Source: Rickettsiaceae bacterium
GTDB taxonomy: Bacteria; Pseudomonadota; Alphaproteobacteria; Rickettsiales; UBA1997
Direction: 5' to 3'
Assembly (NCBI GenBank): GCA_021323225.1
Contig: JAJTCH010000001.1
Span: 147,408-211,407 of the forward strand
DNA length: 64,000 nucleotides
The notes under the pieces were generated by a model. It saw nothing but the letters and a program-made list of their open reading frames with translations, searched no databases and was not told where the DNA came from. The position numbers and the translations under genes are program-made. This document shows, one piece after another, positions 52,483 to 63,505 of the stretch; position 1 is the first letter of the stretch, and each line of letters begins with the position of its first letter.

Positions 52483-54630
52483 TCATTCTGTTGATTGGTT
52501 AGTAACGAGTTCTTTTACTGTTACATAATCAATCTTCCCGGTTCCAAGCAAAGGTAATTTTTCAACCACAATAATTTCCTTCGGAACTGAAAGTTCAGTG
52601 ATTTGATTTTCTTTAAAATAGGCTGAAATATCAGCGCGTTTTAAAGATTGGTTGGTAGTCATCAAAACCAATTGCTCACCTTTTTTAGCGTCTGGAATTG
52701 CCACAATTGCGTGGGAATTTTTTGGATCCAGTTTGCTGATATTGGTTTCAGTTGCGGTGAGTGAAACCATTTCTCCGGCAATTTTGGCAAATCTTTTGGC
52801 GCGGCCTTTTATGGCAATATAGCCTTTTTCGTCAATTGCCACAATGTCCCCTGTGTCATACCAACCATCTTGTGGCCGTGTGATTACGCCCGGGTTTTTC
52901 TCCAACAAATAACCTTTCATAATATTTGGTCCAGTAACCAAAAGCTTTTTGCCATCTTCAATTCCGGAAATTTCTTCCAGTTTAAACTTGATACCCGGAG
53001 CCAATCTTCCAACTGTTCCCGGCTTATTATGCATTGGGGTATTTGTAGAAAGTGCTGGCGCTGTTTCAGTTGCGCCATAGCCTTCAAAAATTCTTACGCC
53101 AAATTTTTCTGACCAAGTTTTCCTGGTCTCTTCCTCAAGTTTTTCGGCGCCGGCAAAAACATAGCGGACTGAATAAAAATCATAAGCATTGGCAAAACGC
53201 GCATAGTTGGAAAGGAAAGTGTTGGTGCCAAACATGATGGTGGCATTAACATCATAAGCCAGCTCCGGCACGATGCGGTAATGAAGCGGGGAAGGGTAGA
53301 AGAAGGTTTTAATGCCGGATAAAATCGGCAAAATTGTTCCTCCTGTTAAACCAAATGAGTGAAAGATTGGTAAGGCATTAAACACAATATCACGGCTTGA
53401 AAAATCAACACGCGATGATAATTGAAAACGGTTAGCCTGAATATTTTTGTGGCTTAAAACCACGCCTTTTGGCGTCCCTTCTGAACCGGATGTGAATAAA
53501 ATTACTGCTGCATCATCGGCGTCTGAATGTGAAGTTTTGCTATAAAATCTCTTAGCAAATTGTGCTTTAAAAATGCCGCAAATTTTAGCAAATAAGCCAA
53601 TTCTCTTCGCCAATTCTTCAAGATAAATTATCCTGATATTTTCTGAAGTTGCAGCCTGTATAAGTTTTTCCAGCTTTGCACCTTCAACAAATTTTTTGGA
53701 AGTGAAAATAGCTTTGAGTTTTGCAACTTTGCAAGCGGCAATAAAATTTGCTCCACCGGTAGAAAAATTTATCATGGCCGGAACGCGCCCGAAAGCTTGC
53801 ATGCCAAAAAATGTAACTATTGCGGAGTTCACATTTGGCAACATTAATCCAACATATTCTCCTTCTTTAGTTTCTTTAGAAATCTCTTTTCCTAAGATAA
53901 AGCTACGAGTAATTAGCTGGTTATAACTTAGTGGCTTTCTTTCAACATCGACAATGATTTGGTGGTTTCTGCCATGAATTTTTCTGGCATCAAGCAGCGA
54001 AGAAAACAAAGTTTTTTTATAATCTGAGCTTTCAAAAAGCATTTCAGTCATAATATCGTAGAGCTTATCGGCATTGGCACTGCGACGGTTCTTTCCGGTA
54101 ATATCTTTGGCCACTTCAAATTTTTGTGGCGGTAAAATTGTTATGGTGATTTTTGGAAAGAGATGAATTTTAACCCGGCCTCTAAGGCGCGAGAATGGCG
54201 AAAACTGCGCACCATCAAGACGAACCGGTAAAATCATTGCGTCAGATTTATCAGCAATCATTCCCGGCCCTTCATAAATCTTCATCAAAGAACCAGTAAC
54301 CGTAATGCGTCCTTCAGGAAAAATTACGCATTTTTGATCTTTCTTAATTTCATTAATCAGGCTTTTAACCGCCATTGGATTGGTTGGATCAAGGGAAAAT
54401 GTTTTGGCTATTTTAAGAAATGGCTTCATCCACCATTTTTTGGCAATGAAGGTGTTGACGGCAAATAACGGCTTATCCGGTAAAAAAACCGCCAGCAAAA
54501 TTGCGTCTAAAAATGACAAATGATTGGCAATTATTAAAACACGATTACCCGCCTTTTGATAATTTTCTAAGCCTTTGATCTCAATTTTATAAAGCGTGAT
54601 GAGGATTTTTTTAAGCAGGATTTTGAGCAT
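52483..54630 (-). CDS. aas: Bifunctional 2-acylglycerophosphoethanolamine acyltransferase / acyl-ACP synthetase
   Basis: The start is taken at MLKILLKK (54630), not the track start at 54693. The PlsC-type HxxxxD motif is ANHLSFLDA. The AMP-binding motifs are TSGSEGTPKGV and YDTGD. It overlaps the lplT stop by 20 nt. Confidence 0.8.
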   Translation of the reverse strand: MLKILLKKILITLYKIEIKGLENYQKAGNRVLIIANHLSFLDAILLAVFLPDKPLFAVNTFIAKKWWMKPFLKIAKTFSLDPTNPMAVKSLINEIKKDQKCVIFPEGRITVTGSLMKIYEGPGMIADKSDAMILPVRLDGAQFSPFSRLRGRVKIHLFPKITITILPPQKFEVAKDITGKNRRSANADKLYDIMTEMLFESSDYKKTLFSSLLDARKIHGRNHQIIVDVERKPLSYNQLITRSFILGKEISKETKEGEYVGLMLPNVNSAIVTFFGMQAFGRVPAMINFSTGGANFIAACKVAKLKAIFTSKKFVEGAKLEKLIQAATSENIRIIYLEELAKRIGLFAKICGIFKAQFAKRFYSKTSHSDADDAAVILFTSGSEGTPKGVVLSHKNIQANRFQLSSRVDFSSRDIVFNALPIFHSFGLTGGTILPILSGIKTFFYPSPLHYRIVPELAYDVNATIMFGTNTFLSNYARFANAYDFYSVRYVFAGAEKLEEETRKTWSEKFGVRIFEGYGATETAPALSTNTPMHNKPGTVGRLAPGIKFKLEEISGIEDGKKLLVTGPNIMKGYLLEKNPGVITRPQDGWYDTGDIVAIDEKGYIAIKGRAKRFAKIAGEMVSLTATETNISKLDPKNSHAIVAIPDAKKGEQLVLMTTNQSLKRADISAYFKENQITELSVPKEIIVVEKLPLLGTGKIDYVTVKELVTNQSTE

Positions 54631-55924
54631 TTCGAAGCCTTTTATTAACGATTCTTCTGATAGTGAAAAAAACAAAAATATTAATGAGTCCAACCAGCAA
54701 AAAGATTTGCAGCAAAGTTAAACCTGTCTTTAAAAGAGCGATGATAAAAATGCTTGAAGCAACCATAAACAAGGCGTTGCAAACATTATTTGCGGCAATG
54801 ATTCTGGAAAGATATTTTCCCTCCGAGCGATGCTGCATGATGGCGTAAAGCGGTACGATATAAATTCCCGAGAAAACTGAAATTATCATCAAGCCAAAAA
54901 TGATCATCCAACTAGAAATGCCGTATGATAAAAATTCTCTCAAGTTAAGTAACTGATCCAACCTTAAAACTGGGCTATAATAGTAACTGGCAATACAAAA
55001 AATGATGATGCCGATTGTCATGCCAATTGAACCAAACGGAACCAATCTGCCATTGATTTGGCCTTTGAGAAGCTTATTGCAAAAAGCCGCACCAATTCCA
55101 ATTCCGATGGAAAATATTGATAGAAAAAGTGTGACGATAAATTCATCACCATGGATTAGGTTTTTAGTATAAATTGGAAATTGTGATAGGAAGGTGATAC
55201 CGACAAACCAGAACCAGGAAATGCCGATTATTGAAAGCCAAACTGTTTGTTCTCTCTTGGCGTGGCTGATGATATTTAATGTTTGTGAAAAAATGTTAAA
55301 GCCGATTTTAAGATTTGAATCGCTGATTGGCGCCTTTGGTATAAAGCGGCTGGACACATAGCCAATGATGGCAAATAACAACACCGAAGCTGAAATAATT
55401 TCAACGCCATTTTGTGAACGGATAACAACCCCACCAAGGATTGTTCCGAGTAAAATTGCTAAAAATGTTGCGCCTTCAATTAACGCATTGCCACTGACCA
55501 GCTCATCATTTTTTAACATCTCTGGAAGCAGGCTATATTTGATTGGGCCAAAAAAAGTGGAATGAAGCCCCATTAAAAAAGTAAGAACCAAAAGCAGATA
55601 AATATTTTCAAAATAAAACCCCACAAAAGAAAAACCCATTATCAAAATTTCAGCAATTTTAATGATGCGAACCAATTTTGATTTTTCAAATTTGTCAGCA
55701 ATTTGGCCAGCTAAAGCCGAAAATAAAAAGAACGGCAAAATAAACAAGCCAGACGCAATAGTCGTCATTACCTGCGCATCCATATTCAACTTCCCGGCGA
55801 TGTCGTAAGTAAACCAAATTAGAAAAGCGTTTTTAAAAACATTGTCGTTAAAGGCTCCAAAAAACTGCGTGATAAAGAGGGGAAGAAATCTCTTTGATTT
55901 CAAAAGATGAGCTTGGTTTTGCAT
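54611..55924 (-). CDS. lplT: Lysophospholipid transporter (MFS)
   Basis: A 12-TM MFS protein with N-terminus SKRFLPLFITQFFGAFNDNVFKNA, typical of LplT. It lies upstream of aas, as in enterobacteria. Confidence 0.75.
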   Translation of the reverse strand: MQNQAHLLKSKRFLPLFITQFFGAFNDNVFKNAFLIWFTYDIAGKLNMDAQVMTTIASGLFILPFFLFSALAGQIADKFEKSKLVRIIKIAEILIMGFSFVGFYFENIYLLLVLTFLMGLHSTFFGPIKYSLLPEMLKNDELVSGNALIEGATFLAILLGTILGGVVIRSQNGVEIISASVLLFAIIGYVSSRFIPKAPISDSNLKIGFNIFSQTLNIISHAKREQTVWLSIIGISWFWFVGITFLSQFPIYTKNLIHGDEFIVTLFLSIFSIGIGIGAAFCNKLLKGQINGRLVPFGSIGMTIGIIIFCIASYYYSPVLRLDQLLNLREFLSYGISSWMIIFGLMIISVFSGIYIVPLYAIMQHRSEGKYLSRIIAANNVCNALFMVASSIFIIALLKTGLTLLQIFLLVGLINIFVFFTIRRIVNKRLRNAQNPA

Positions 55925-55989
55925 AATGGATGTAAATTTAGAGAGCCATCAAAAATATAAAAAGATGCTGATTATATTGTTGGGAAAAC

Positions 55990-57375
55990 CTATAGCTCTT
56001 CCGTTAGTTTGATGAAAAAATCTCCTCTTTCTTCAAAGCTTTTCCATTGGTCAAAAGAGGCGCAAGCTGGAGAGAGAAGAATATTTTTTTGTTTTGATAA
56101 TTTATCTTTTTTGGCTTCTTCATAAGCGGTTTTAAAAGCAGTCTTTAAGTCACCGCATTTAAAATATGGAACTTCATTTTCTAAAATTTTAGCAAAATCT
56201 TCCGTAGCTTCGCCAATCAAAAAGGCAGATTTAATTTTAGGGAAATATTGTTTCAAACCTTCAATGCCACCTTCTTTTGCCTTGCCGCCCAAAATCCAAT
56301 AGATATTGTCATAAGGTTTTAGAGCATTTTCAGTGCTTTCTGCATTGGTTGCCTTGCTGTCATTGATGAAATTGATATCGTCGATTTTTCTGATAAATTG
56401 CATGCGATGTTTCAAGCCCTTGAAGGTTTTAACTGCGGCAACAATTTCACTTTCAGAAATGCCGGATAAAAAGCAATTGGCAAAAGCAACCGCAATATTT
56501 TGTGCGTTATGCTCACCTTTCAAAAATTCCCTTTCCCCCAGATCGATCACTGAACCGGTATTTTTGATGTTATTGTGGATAACATTGCCGATCATTGATA
56601 TGCCGCCTTCTATAATTTTTTTAGTAGAAACGGGAATTAGAGTTGCCTGAAAATTCGGATCATTTTTTAGCTCTTCAAAAGCCATGTTTGAAAATTCACT
56701 GTCAATTCCAATAACGGCAAAATCATCTTTATTTTGGTTAAGAAAAATTCGTTTTTTAGCGTCAGTATAACCTCTCATATTGCCGTGGCGATCCAGGTGG
56801 TCTGGCGTGATATTTAAAAGTGAGGCAATGTGAAAACTGGTTTTTTCAATCAGGTCTAGCTGATAAGATGACATTTCGATTATATAATTTTCATCTTTAT
56901 TCAGGCGCGGCATGGAAAGAGCGGCGATGCCGATATTGCCACCAACCGCTGATGGTTTGTTAGCGGATTTAAAAATATGGCCGGTGAGGGCGGTTGTGGT
57001 TGATTTGCCATTAGTGCCGGTGATGCCGATGAATTTGGCCGATTGATTAAATAGGTACAAAATTTCTACGTCACAGACGATTTTGCAATTATGCTTGTTG
57101 GCTTCAATTGCAATTGGATGCGGAGCCGGAAGCTTTAAAGGAATGCCTGCCGCTAAAACTAAATATTCAATATTTGTCCAATCTATTTTTTTTATGTCTT
57201 CGGCAATTTCTAAATTTTTTTGCCCTGCAAAATTCTTTGCCAAATTATCAAGAGAGCTTTTATTATCATCGCCAGCCAGAACTTCAAATTTTTGTTCCAG
57301 GAGGAATTTAACTGCTGCATTGCCGGAAATGCCCAGGCCGTAAACCAGAAATTTTTTCATATTTTTAAGCGTCAA
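55990..57375 (-). CDS. murD: UDP-N-acetylmuramoyl-L-alanine:D-glutamate ligase
   Basis: Shows GLGISG, GITGTNGKSTT and the Mur ligase middle and C-terminal domains. No other dcw genes are adjacent. Confidence 0.85.
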   Translation of the reverse strand: MTLKNMKKFLVYGLGISGNAAVKFLLEQKFEVLAGDDNKSSLDNLAKNFAGQKNLEIAEDIKKIDWTNIEYLVLAAGIPLKLPAPHPIAIEANKHNCKIVCDVEILYLFNQSAKFIGITGTNGKSTTTALTGHIFKSANKPSAVGGNIGIAALSMPRLNKDENYIIEMSSYQLDLIEKTSFHIASLLNITPDHLDRHGNMRGYTDAKKRIFLNQNKDDFAVIGIDSEFSNMAFEELKNDPNFQATLIPVSTKKIIEGGISMIGNVIHNNIKNTGSVIDLGEREFLKGEHNAQNIAVAFANCFLSGISESEIVAAVKTFKGLKHRMQFIRKIDDINFINDSKATNAESTENALKPYDNIYWILGGKAKEGGIEGLKQYFPKIKSAFLIGEATEDFAKILENEVPYFKCGDLKTAFKTAYEEAKKDKLSKQKNILLSPACASFDQWKSFEERGDFFIKLTEEL

Positions 57376-57522
57376 AAAAGGTGAAGATTGTGGGTAAGAA
57401 GAGTAATATAACTTTCTGGGCGGTCATGTGACAACCAGTTTTTATTAAGATATTTTGTTCGTTCATTCATCTTTTATAAACTCCGCTAATTTAGTCCAAC
57501 CAAATCACAATTCAATAAAATT

Positions 57523-58344
57523 ATGCCTGAGCTTCCAGAAGTAGAAACGGTTTGTCGTGGTATTGAAAAAAATATTTTGGGCAAAAAAATTGCCATGATT
57601 AAAACCTCTGATAAAAATCTTCGCCTACCTTTTCCTAAAAATCTTGCCGACTTACAAGGGGAGAAAATTTTATCTGTTAGTAGAAGGGCTAGATACATAT
57701 TAATTGGAATTACCGGAGATAAAATTCTTCTCGTTCATTTGGGCATGAGTGGCAAATTGCTTTATTTGCAAAAATTGCCTGCAAAACCTGAAAAACATGA
57801 TCATTTTTTCATGGGCTTCTCGGATGAATCCTGCCTGGTTTATAATGATCCAAGAAGATTTGGTCTGGTGGATTTGGTTGATATGGGCAAGCTTAATCTT
57901 CATAAAATGATAAAAAACCTGGGCCCAGAACCGCTTGATGGCAGTTTTGACCTGGCTTATTTAAAAGAAAAACTAAGAAGCAAAAAGATAAATATCAAAA
58001 CCGCCATGATGGATAATGCTATTGTGGTTGGGGTTGGCAATATCTATATCAATGAGGCGCTTTTTGAATCTGGCATTTCTCCCTTAAAAGAGGCCCAAGA
58101 TGTTGACCAAAAGCAGTTGGAAGCGCTGATAAAAAACATCAAAATTATCCTGCAGAAAGCCATTACTCTAGGAGGCTCAACACTTAGGGATTATGTGAAA
58201 TCAAATGGTGATATTGGCAATTTTCAATTTGACCTAAAGATTTATGGCCGAGACGGCCAAAATTGTGTTGTTTGCTCTGGCAAAATTAAACGAATTAAAC
58301 AAAATGGTAGGTCAACTTTTTACTGTGGCTCTTGCCAGTCTTAG
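57523..58344 (+). CDS. mutM: Formamidopyrimidine-DNA glycosylase
   Basis: It has the N-terminus MPELPEVETV, an H2TH region and a C-terminal zinc finger CxxC..CxxC. Confidence 0.9.
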   Translation: MPELPEVETVCRGIEKNILGKKIAMIKTSDKNLRLPFPKNLADLQGEKILSVSRRARYILIGITGDKILLVHLGMSGKLLYLQKLPAKPEKHDHFFMGFSDESCLVYNDPRRFGLVDLVDMGKLNLHKMIKNLGPEPLDGSFDLAYLKEKLRSKKINIKTAMMDNAIVVGVGNIYINEALFESGISPLKEAQDVDQKQLEALIKNIKIILQKAITLGGSTLRDYVKSNGDIGNFQFDLKIYGRDGQNCVVCSGKIKRIKQNGRSTFYCGSCQS

Positions 58345-58392
58345 AACAGTTTTGTAGCTTTTATTTCCAATTCAAAGAACAATTAGTTTCCT

Positions 58393-58812
58393 ATGAAGAT
58401 AACAAAAATATTTTGTGTCTTTGCTCTATTATTTACCGCTTCTTGTGGTGATCGTATAATTAATAAGAAGACTTGGATTGAAAAATTCCAAGCTCCACCT
58501 TCCACAAAGCAATATGTTTTTGGCACCGATGATATTCCACTATTTGAAGGTTTAAATTTAGTTGAAGAGGAAAGCAGTAATTTCGATACTGTGGCAGGAA
58601 ATATCCTTATCTCCAAATATTCCGGCAATTGCAAATTAAGATCAGTGAAGAAATTTTATCTTGGAACCTTGCCACAACTTGGATGGAAATTGAGTGAAAA
58701 GGAATCTGATAAAATTACCTTTAACAGGGAAGAAGATAACCTAGAAATCAGGTTTGATGACAATAAAGACAAGTTGGGTGTTAGGTTTTTCATATCATCG
58801 GCCATACAATAA
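58393..58812 (+). CDS. Lipoprotein, hypothetical
   Basis: Lipobox LLFTASC. I recognise no family. Confidence 0.5.
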   Translation: MKITKIFCVFALLFTASCGDRIINKKTWIEKFQAPPSTKQYVFGTDDIPLFEGLNLVEEESSNFDTVAGNILISKYSGNCKLRSVKKFYLGTLPQLGWKLSEKESDKITFNREEDNLEIRFDDNKDKLGVRFFISSAIQ

Positions 58813-58857
58813 TTGGCTAATGGCGTCTAATAAATTTCCAAAATTAATAATCATTTT

Positions 58858-61029
58858 ATGTCCAAATCACTTGTTCTTTCGCTTGATACTAATGGTGTTG
58901 CTACCTTAGCTTTCAATTTAGAAAATGAGAAAGTTAATAAGCTAAGTGCAGAAGTGCTTTTAGAGCTAGAAAAAGTCTTGGATGAGGTAGAGGAAAATCG
59001 AAATATTCATCTACTATTAATCAAAAGTGACAAGCCAAATATTTTTATTGCCGGTGCTGACATTAAAGAAATTAAGGGCATTAGAAATGAGTCCGATGCT
59101 TATAAAAAAGTCCTGCAGGGTCAAGAAATTCTAAGCAAAATTGCTGATTTAAAAATTCCAACAATTGCCTTGATTAACGGAGCTTGCCTGGGAGGCGGCT
59201 TAGAACTTGCGCTTGCTTGCACTTATCGTGTTGCGGTTGATAACAAAAAAACTGAACTTGGTTTGCCGGAAGTTAATCTCGGAATTATTCCCGGTTTTGG
59301 TGGTACGCAAAGATTGCCAAGATTGCTGGGCTTAAGCGAAAGTTTAAAAATGATTTTGTCAGGAAAGGCAGTTGATTATAAAAAGGCCTTCAAGATTGGC
59401 TTGGTTGATAAGGTAATCAGAGAAGAATTTCTGGAAAATGATTTATCTGATTTTATAGCACATGTGCTGGTTAACCGCTATGAAAACCAGGCTTTAAAAC
59501 GTAGACGCGCAATTAGAAAAAGACGCTTTATGCAAGAAGTGGTGATGGCTGGAAAATATCTGATTTATTATTTCGTTAATAGAGATTTGATGAAGAAAAC
59601 CAAGGGAAAATACCCGGCACCATTGGTCGCTTTTGATGTTATCAAACGCACCTATCACTGCGCTGATCACCAGGCTTCTTTTAAAATTGAAGCGGAAGAA
59701 TTTTCCAAACTTGCTTCGGGAGAAGTAGCAAAAAATTTGATTGAGATATTTTTTATCAGTGAAGAAATTAAGAAAGATCAAGGCGTTGATGAGGAAACAA
59801 AGACTAAAGAAATCAAGCAAGTTGGCTTAATGGGAGCCGGAATCATGGGAGGTGGCATTGCTTGGTTATTTAGTAACCGTGATATTCAGGTGAGGATGAA
59901 AGATATATCGCAATTCGGCATTGCTATTGGCTTTAACCAGGTTCTAAAAATTTATAAACAGCTAAAAAAAATCGGCAAATATAACGATAACCAGATCAGC
60001 TTAAAAATGGACGAAATCTCCTCCACCACTGATTATAGCGGTTTCAATAATGTTGATTTGGTAGTTGAAGCGATTGTTGAAAATATTGATGTTAAGAAAA
60101 GTTCTTTTGCTGAATTGGAAGCTAATGTAAGAGGGGATACGATTATTGTCAGTAACACTTCCTCCCTTTCCATCACCGAGATGGCAACTGCCTTAAAAAA
60201 ACCGGAAAGATTTGCCGGAATGCATTTCTTTAATCCGGTTAATAAAATGCCTTTGGTTGAGGTGATTAAAGGACAAAAAACATCCGATGAAACTGTTGCA
60301 ACAATAGTCAATCTTTCAAAGAAATTGGGTAAAACTCCAATTGTGGTTAAAGATGTTGCGGGGTTTTTAGTGAATAGAATTTTGCTGCCATATATCAATG
60401 AAGCAGGATTCTTGCTGCAAGAAGGGGCGGATTTAAAAACCATTGATAATGTAATTGAAGATTTTGGAATGCCAATGGGGCCTTTTGTGCTTGCCGATAC
60501 TGTTGGCATCGATGTGGGCTATAAAGTTGCAAAAAGTCTTCATGAGGGCTATGGAGAAAGAATGGCTATTTGTCATCTGCTAGTTGAGATGTCAAAAAAC
60601 AAAGAGCTGCTTGGCAAAAAATCTAAACAGGGTTTTTATAAATATAGCAAAGATGGAAAAAAACTGGGCATCAATTCTGAGGTTATTCACATTCTTCAAA
60701 AAGTTAGAAATTCCAATCAAATCCATAAATCTTATATAAGCAATCATGATATTATTGATCGCTGTATTTTTATCATGATTAATGAGGCTGCAAAATGTCT
60801 GGAAGAAAATGTGGTTAAAAATCATCGCTATCTTGATATGGCAATGATTATGGGCACTGGCTTTCCGGCGTTTCGTGGCGGAATTTTAAGATATGCTGAC
60901 AATGTTGGCATCAGCGTGGTTGTATCCAGATTGAAGGAATTCAGTAAAGTCTATGGTCCAAGATTTGAACCGGCAAATTTGTTAGTCAAAATGGATCACG
61001 ACAACCAGAATTTTTACGGCCTAAATTAA
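58858..61029 (+). CDS. Fatty-acid oxidation multifunctional enzyme (enoyl-CoA hydratase / 3-hydroxyacyl-CoA dehydrogenase), FadB/FadJ type
   Basis: The N-terminal crotonase fold shows FIAGADIKE and GGGLELALAC. The NAD-binding motif is GLMGAGIMGGGIA, and 3HCDH C-terminal domains are present. No fadA thiolase gene is adjacent. Confidence 0.85.
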   Translation: MSKSLVLSLDTNGVATLAFNLENEKVNKLSAEVLLELEKVLDEVEENRNIHLLLIKSDKPNIFIAGADIKEIKGIRNESDAYKKVLQGQEILSKIADLKIPTIALINGACLGGGLELALACTYRVAVDNKKTELGLPEVNLGIIPGFGGTQRLPRLLGLSESLKMILSGKAVDYKKAFKIGLVDKVIREEFLENDLSDFIAHVLVNRYENQALKRRRAIRKRRFMQEVVMAGKYLIYYFVNRDLMKKTKGKYPAPLVAFDVIKRTYHCADHQASFKIEAEEFSKLASGEVAKNLIEIFFISEEIKKDQGVDEETKTKEIKQVGLMGAGIMGGGIAWLFSNRDIQVRMKDISQFGIAIGFNQVLKIYKQLKKIGKYNDNQISLKMDEISSTTDYSGFNNVDLVVEAIVENIDVKKSSFAELEANVRGDTIIVSNTSSLSITEMATALKKPERFAGMHFFNPVNKMPLVEVIKGQKTSDETVATIVNLSKKLGKTPIVVKDVAGFLVNRILLPYINEAGFLLQEGADLKTIDNVIEDFGMPMGPFVLADTVGIDVGYKVAKSLHEGYGERMAICHLLVEMSKNKELLGKKSKQGFYKYSKDGKKLGINSEVIHILQKVRNSNQIHKSYISNHDIIDRCIFIMINEAAKCLEENVVKNHRYLDMAMIMGTGFPAFRGGILRYADNVGISVVVSRLKEFSKVYGPRFEPANLLVKMDHDNQNFYGLN

Positions 61030-61050
61030 ATTTAAAGTGGCAAATAAATA

Positions 61051-61542
61051 ATGATCATTCTTGGCATTGATCCAGCCCTTACCCAAGCCGGTTGGGGTAT
61101 TATTTCTTCCAACAAAGGCAATATTTCCTTTATTGCTTGTGGATCCATTAAGAGCGATTCCAGTCAAACTTTAGATGTCAGGTTGCACCATCTTCATAAA
61201 GAAATTACCAAAGTTATAGAGATTTATAAGCCTGATGAAGTAGCAATTGAAGAAACTTTTGTTAATAAAAACGCAGTTTCATCGCTAAAGCTAGGGCATG
61301 CGCGTGGAGTCTTGATGTTGAGCGCTGCAATTGCCGGCATAAAAATTTATGAATATGCCAGCACTTCAATTAAAAAAACTGTTGTTGGAGTAGGGCGGGC
61401 AGAAAAAAACCAGGTGGGAGTGATGATAAAATATTTACTTCCAAAAGCAGTTGTTAAAAGCGAAGATGAGGCTGATGCGCTAGCAGTGGCAATATGTCAC
61501 AATAATTTTAGAGCTATATCAAAATATAATTTGAATCTCTAA
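61051..61542 (+). CDS. ruvC: Holliday junction resolvase
   Basis: Shows MIILGIDPALTQAGWGII and a C-terminal acidic DEADALAVAICH. Confidence 0.9.
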   Translation: MIILGIDPALTQAGWGIISSNKGNISFIACGSIKSDSSQTLDVRLHHLHKEITKVIEIYKPDEVAIEETFVNKNAVSSLKLGHARGVLMLSAAIAGIKIYEYASTSIKKTVVGVGRAEKNQVGVMIKYLLPKAVVKSEDEADALAVAICHNNFRAISKYNLNL

Positions 61543-62519
61543 AACCATCCTTTTTTCTTAAAAAATTTAAACGGAAGCCAGGCGGAAATTAACATTAATC
61601 CTATTGCGATTGGATAGCCAATTTTCCAGTTAAGTTCCGGCATAAAGTCAAAATTCATGCCATAGATACTGGCAATTAGAGTGGGAGGTAGGAAAACCAC
61701 AGCAGCAACCGAAAATATCTTGATGATGTTATTTTGCTCAATATTGATCATTCCCAATGTTGCATCCAAAAGGAAATTAATTTTGCTCGATAAAAAGAAG
61801 GCGTGATCATTCAAGGCCATAACATCTTGGATTAAAGTCGTTATATAGCCCTTGTGATTAGGGTTTGATATTATCACATCATTTACATGGATGTAGTTCA
61901 GTAACCTATTAAGAGATAATAGTGATTCCCTTGCTTTGGAGGCCACATCACCATTGATACCGGTTCGGCTTAGTAATAGTTGAAAATCTTGCTTTTCTTG
62001 CGGTTGATTTAGCTTGTTCTTTGAGCGGAAGATTAATCTAGTTTGATCATCAATATTCTTGCCAATCTTTTCTAAAACATCGGCAACATAATAGATGCCG
62101 AATTCCAATAAACTTATAAGAAGCTTTTCGGAATATAATTTGTCTAACGAAAATTTGCTGATTTGAGAGCTTATATATTTAAATGACTGAGGTTCAAAAT
62201 ATCTAACCGTTACTAGCAATTTGTCTTTTAAAATGAAAGTTACCCCTTCATTGGAAATTTCTTGATCTAAAAGAGGGGTAATCATTCTGGCGGTTAGGTA
62301 ATAAGCATTGTTTTCTTGGTAAAAACAATTTGATACCTGAATTTCACTTATTTCTTCCGGGTTCGGTACTGCAACATCAAGAGAGGCTTCTATAAAATGC
62401 TCTTCCTCGCGTGAGGGGTTAAACAGATCAATCCATATTGTATTTTCTGGCAATGATTGGTTAAGAGCTAAATTAGTTTTGTTCAAGACATTATTTTGAA
62501 CAAAATATGCAAGAATCAT
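61539..62519 (-). CDS. corA: CorA-family magnesium/cobalt transporter
   Basis: The YGMNF motif lies before the last TM. Two C-terminal TM helices are present. Confidence 0.85.
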   Translation of the reverse strand: MILAYFVQNNVLNKTNLALNQSLPENTIWIDLFNPSREEEHFIEASLDVAVPNPEEISEIQVSNCFYQENNAYYLTARMITPLLDQEISNEGVTFILKDKLLVTVRYFEPQSFKYISSQISKFSLDKLYSEKLLISLLEFGIYYVADVLEKIGKNIDDQTRLIFRSKNKLNQPQEKQDFQLLLSRTGINGDVASKARESLLSLNRLLNYIHVNDVIISNPNHKGYITTLIQDVMALNDHAFFLSSKINFLLDATLGMINIEQNNIIKIFSVAAVVFLPPTLIASIYGMNFDFMPELNWKIGYPIAIGLMLISAWLPFKFFKKKGWF

Positions 62520-62644
62520 GGTGGAGAGCCAGGTTTAAGTTAAATTGCTGTAACTGAAATATTCCCAGCGATCAGATAAAAGTTCCTCTCAAAATTATTT
62601 GAGAGATGTGAGTTTGCAAATTTAGGAGTTGGAATATGACTTGC

Positions 62645-63505
62645 CTATTCCCCGCCTCCTAAAGAATGAACATAAATTGCCAATTGTCTAATCGTGCTTT
62701 CATCTAACCTGCCTTTCCAAGTCGGCATTACACCATTTCTTGCATGGGTGATTGTGTAGATAACATCTTCTTTTTTGCCGCCATAGAGCCAGATTTTATC
62801 AGTTAGATTTGGCGCCCCGTCATGTCTTTCGCCTTTTCCTAGCGGTCCATGACATGCTACGCAATTATTTTTAAAGATTTCTGCGCCTTTTGCGGTTGGT
62901 TTAGCTTGTCCGGAGAAAGAGAGAACATGATTGGCAACTTCTTCAATTTCTTGCTTGGTCAATATTTTATCAACCCCAAAAGAAGGCATGGTTGTAGATC
63001 TGGTTTTTTCATGGGTAGATCTGATGCCGTAAAGTATGGTGGTGTAAATATCTTCAATCTTGCCGCCCCATAACCAATCATCGTCGTTTAAATTAGGGAA
63101 GCCTTTTTGTCCGGCTGCTCCGGTTCCGTGGCAGACAGCGCAATTATTTTGAAATGCTGCCTTTCCACCATTGATGGCAAATTGCATCAATTCTTTATCT
63201 TTCTTAATTTCACTAAAGCTGGCTTTGTTAAATTTTTTTAAATAAATCTCTTTTTTCTTTTCAATCTCAACTTGCTCTGTTTTTAGCTCAGAATATTTAC
63301 TCCAATTCTTTAAGCCTTTGCTATTGCCGCCAGGGGTTGGCCAAGTTGGATAAAAAAACCAGTAAGCAATTGCCCAAATGATTGAGATAAGCCAAACAAT
63401 CAGCCACCAACGCGGGGCTGGGGTGTTATATTCTTCAATCTTGTCCCAACTATGGCCAGTGGTTTCGGGATTATTTTTTATTTTTTGATCTGGTTTTTTG
63501 TTCAT
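62645..63505 (-). CDS. ccoP: cbb3-type cytochrome c oxidase subunit III (diheme)
   Basis: An N-terminal TM helix is followed by two CxxCH motifs (CAVCHG, CVACHG). Confidence 0.9.
   Translation of the reverse strand: MNKKPDQKIKNNPETTGHSWDKIEEYNTPAPRWWLIVWLISIIWAIAYWFFYPTWPTPGGNSKGLKNWSKYSELKTEQVEIEKKKEIYLKKFNKASFSEIKKDKELMQFAINGGKAAFQNNCAVCHGTGAAGQKGFPNLNDDDWLWGGKIEDIYTTILYGIRSTHEKTRSTTMPSFGVDKILTKQEIEEVANHVLSFSGQAKPTAKGAEIFKNNCVACHGPLGKGERHDGAPNLTDKIWLYGGKKEDVIYTITHARNGVMPTWKGRLDESTIRQLAIYVHSLGGGE

Noticed and set aside
54631-54693. The N-terminal extension of the aas ORF given by the track (MDSLIFLFFSLSEESLIKGFE...).
   Set aside because: It lies inside the 3' end of lplT in another frame. 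The Aas homology starts at MLKILLKK (54630). The extension is most likely not translated.
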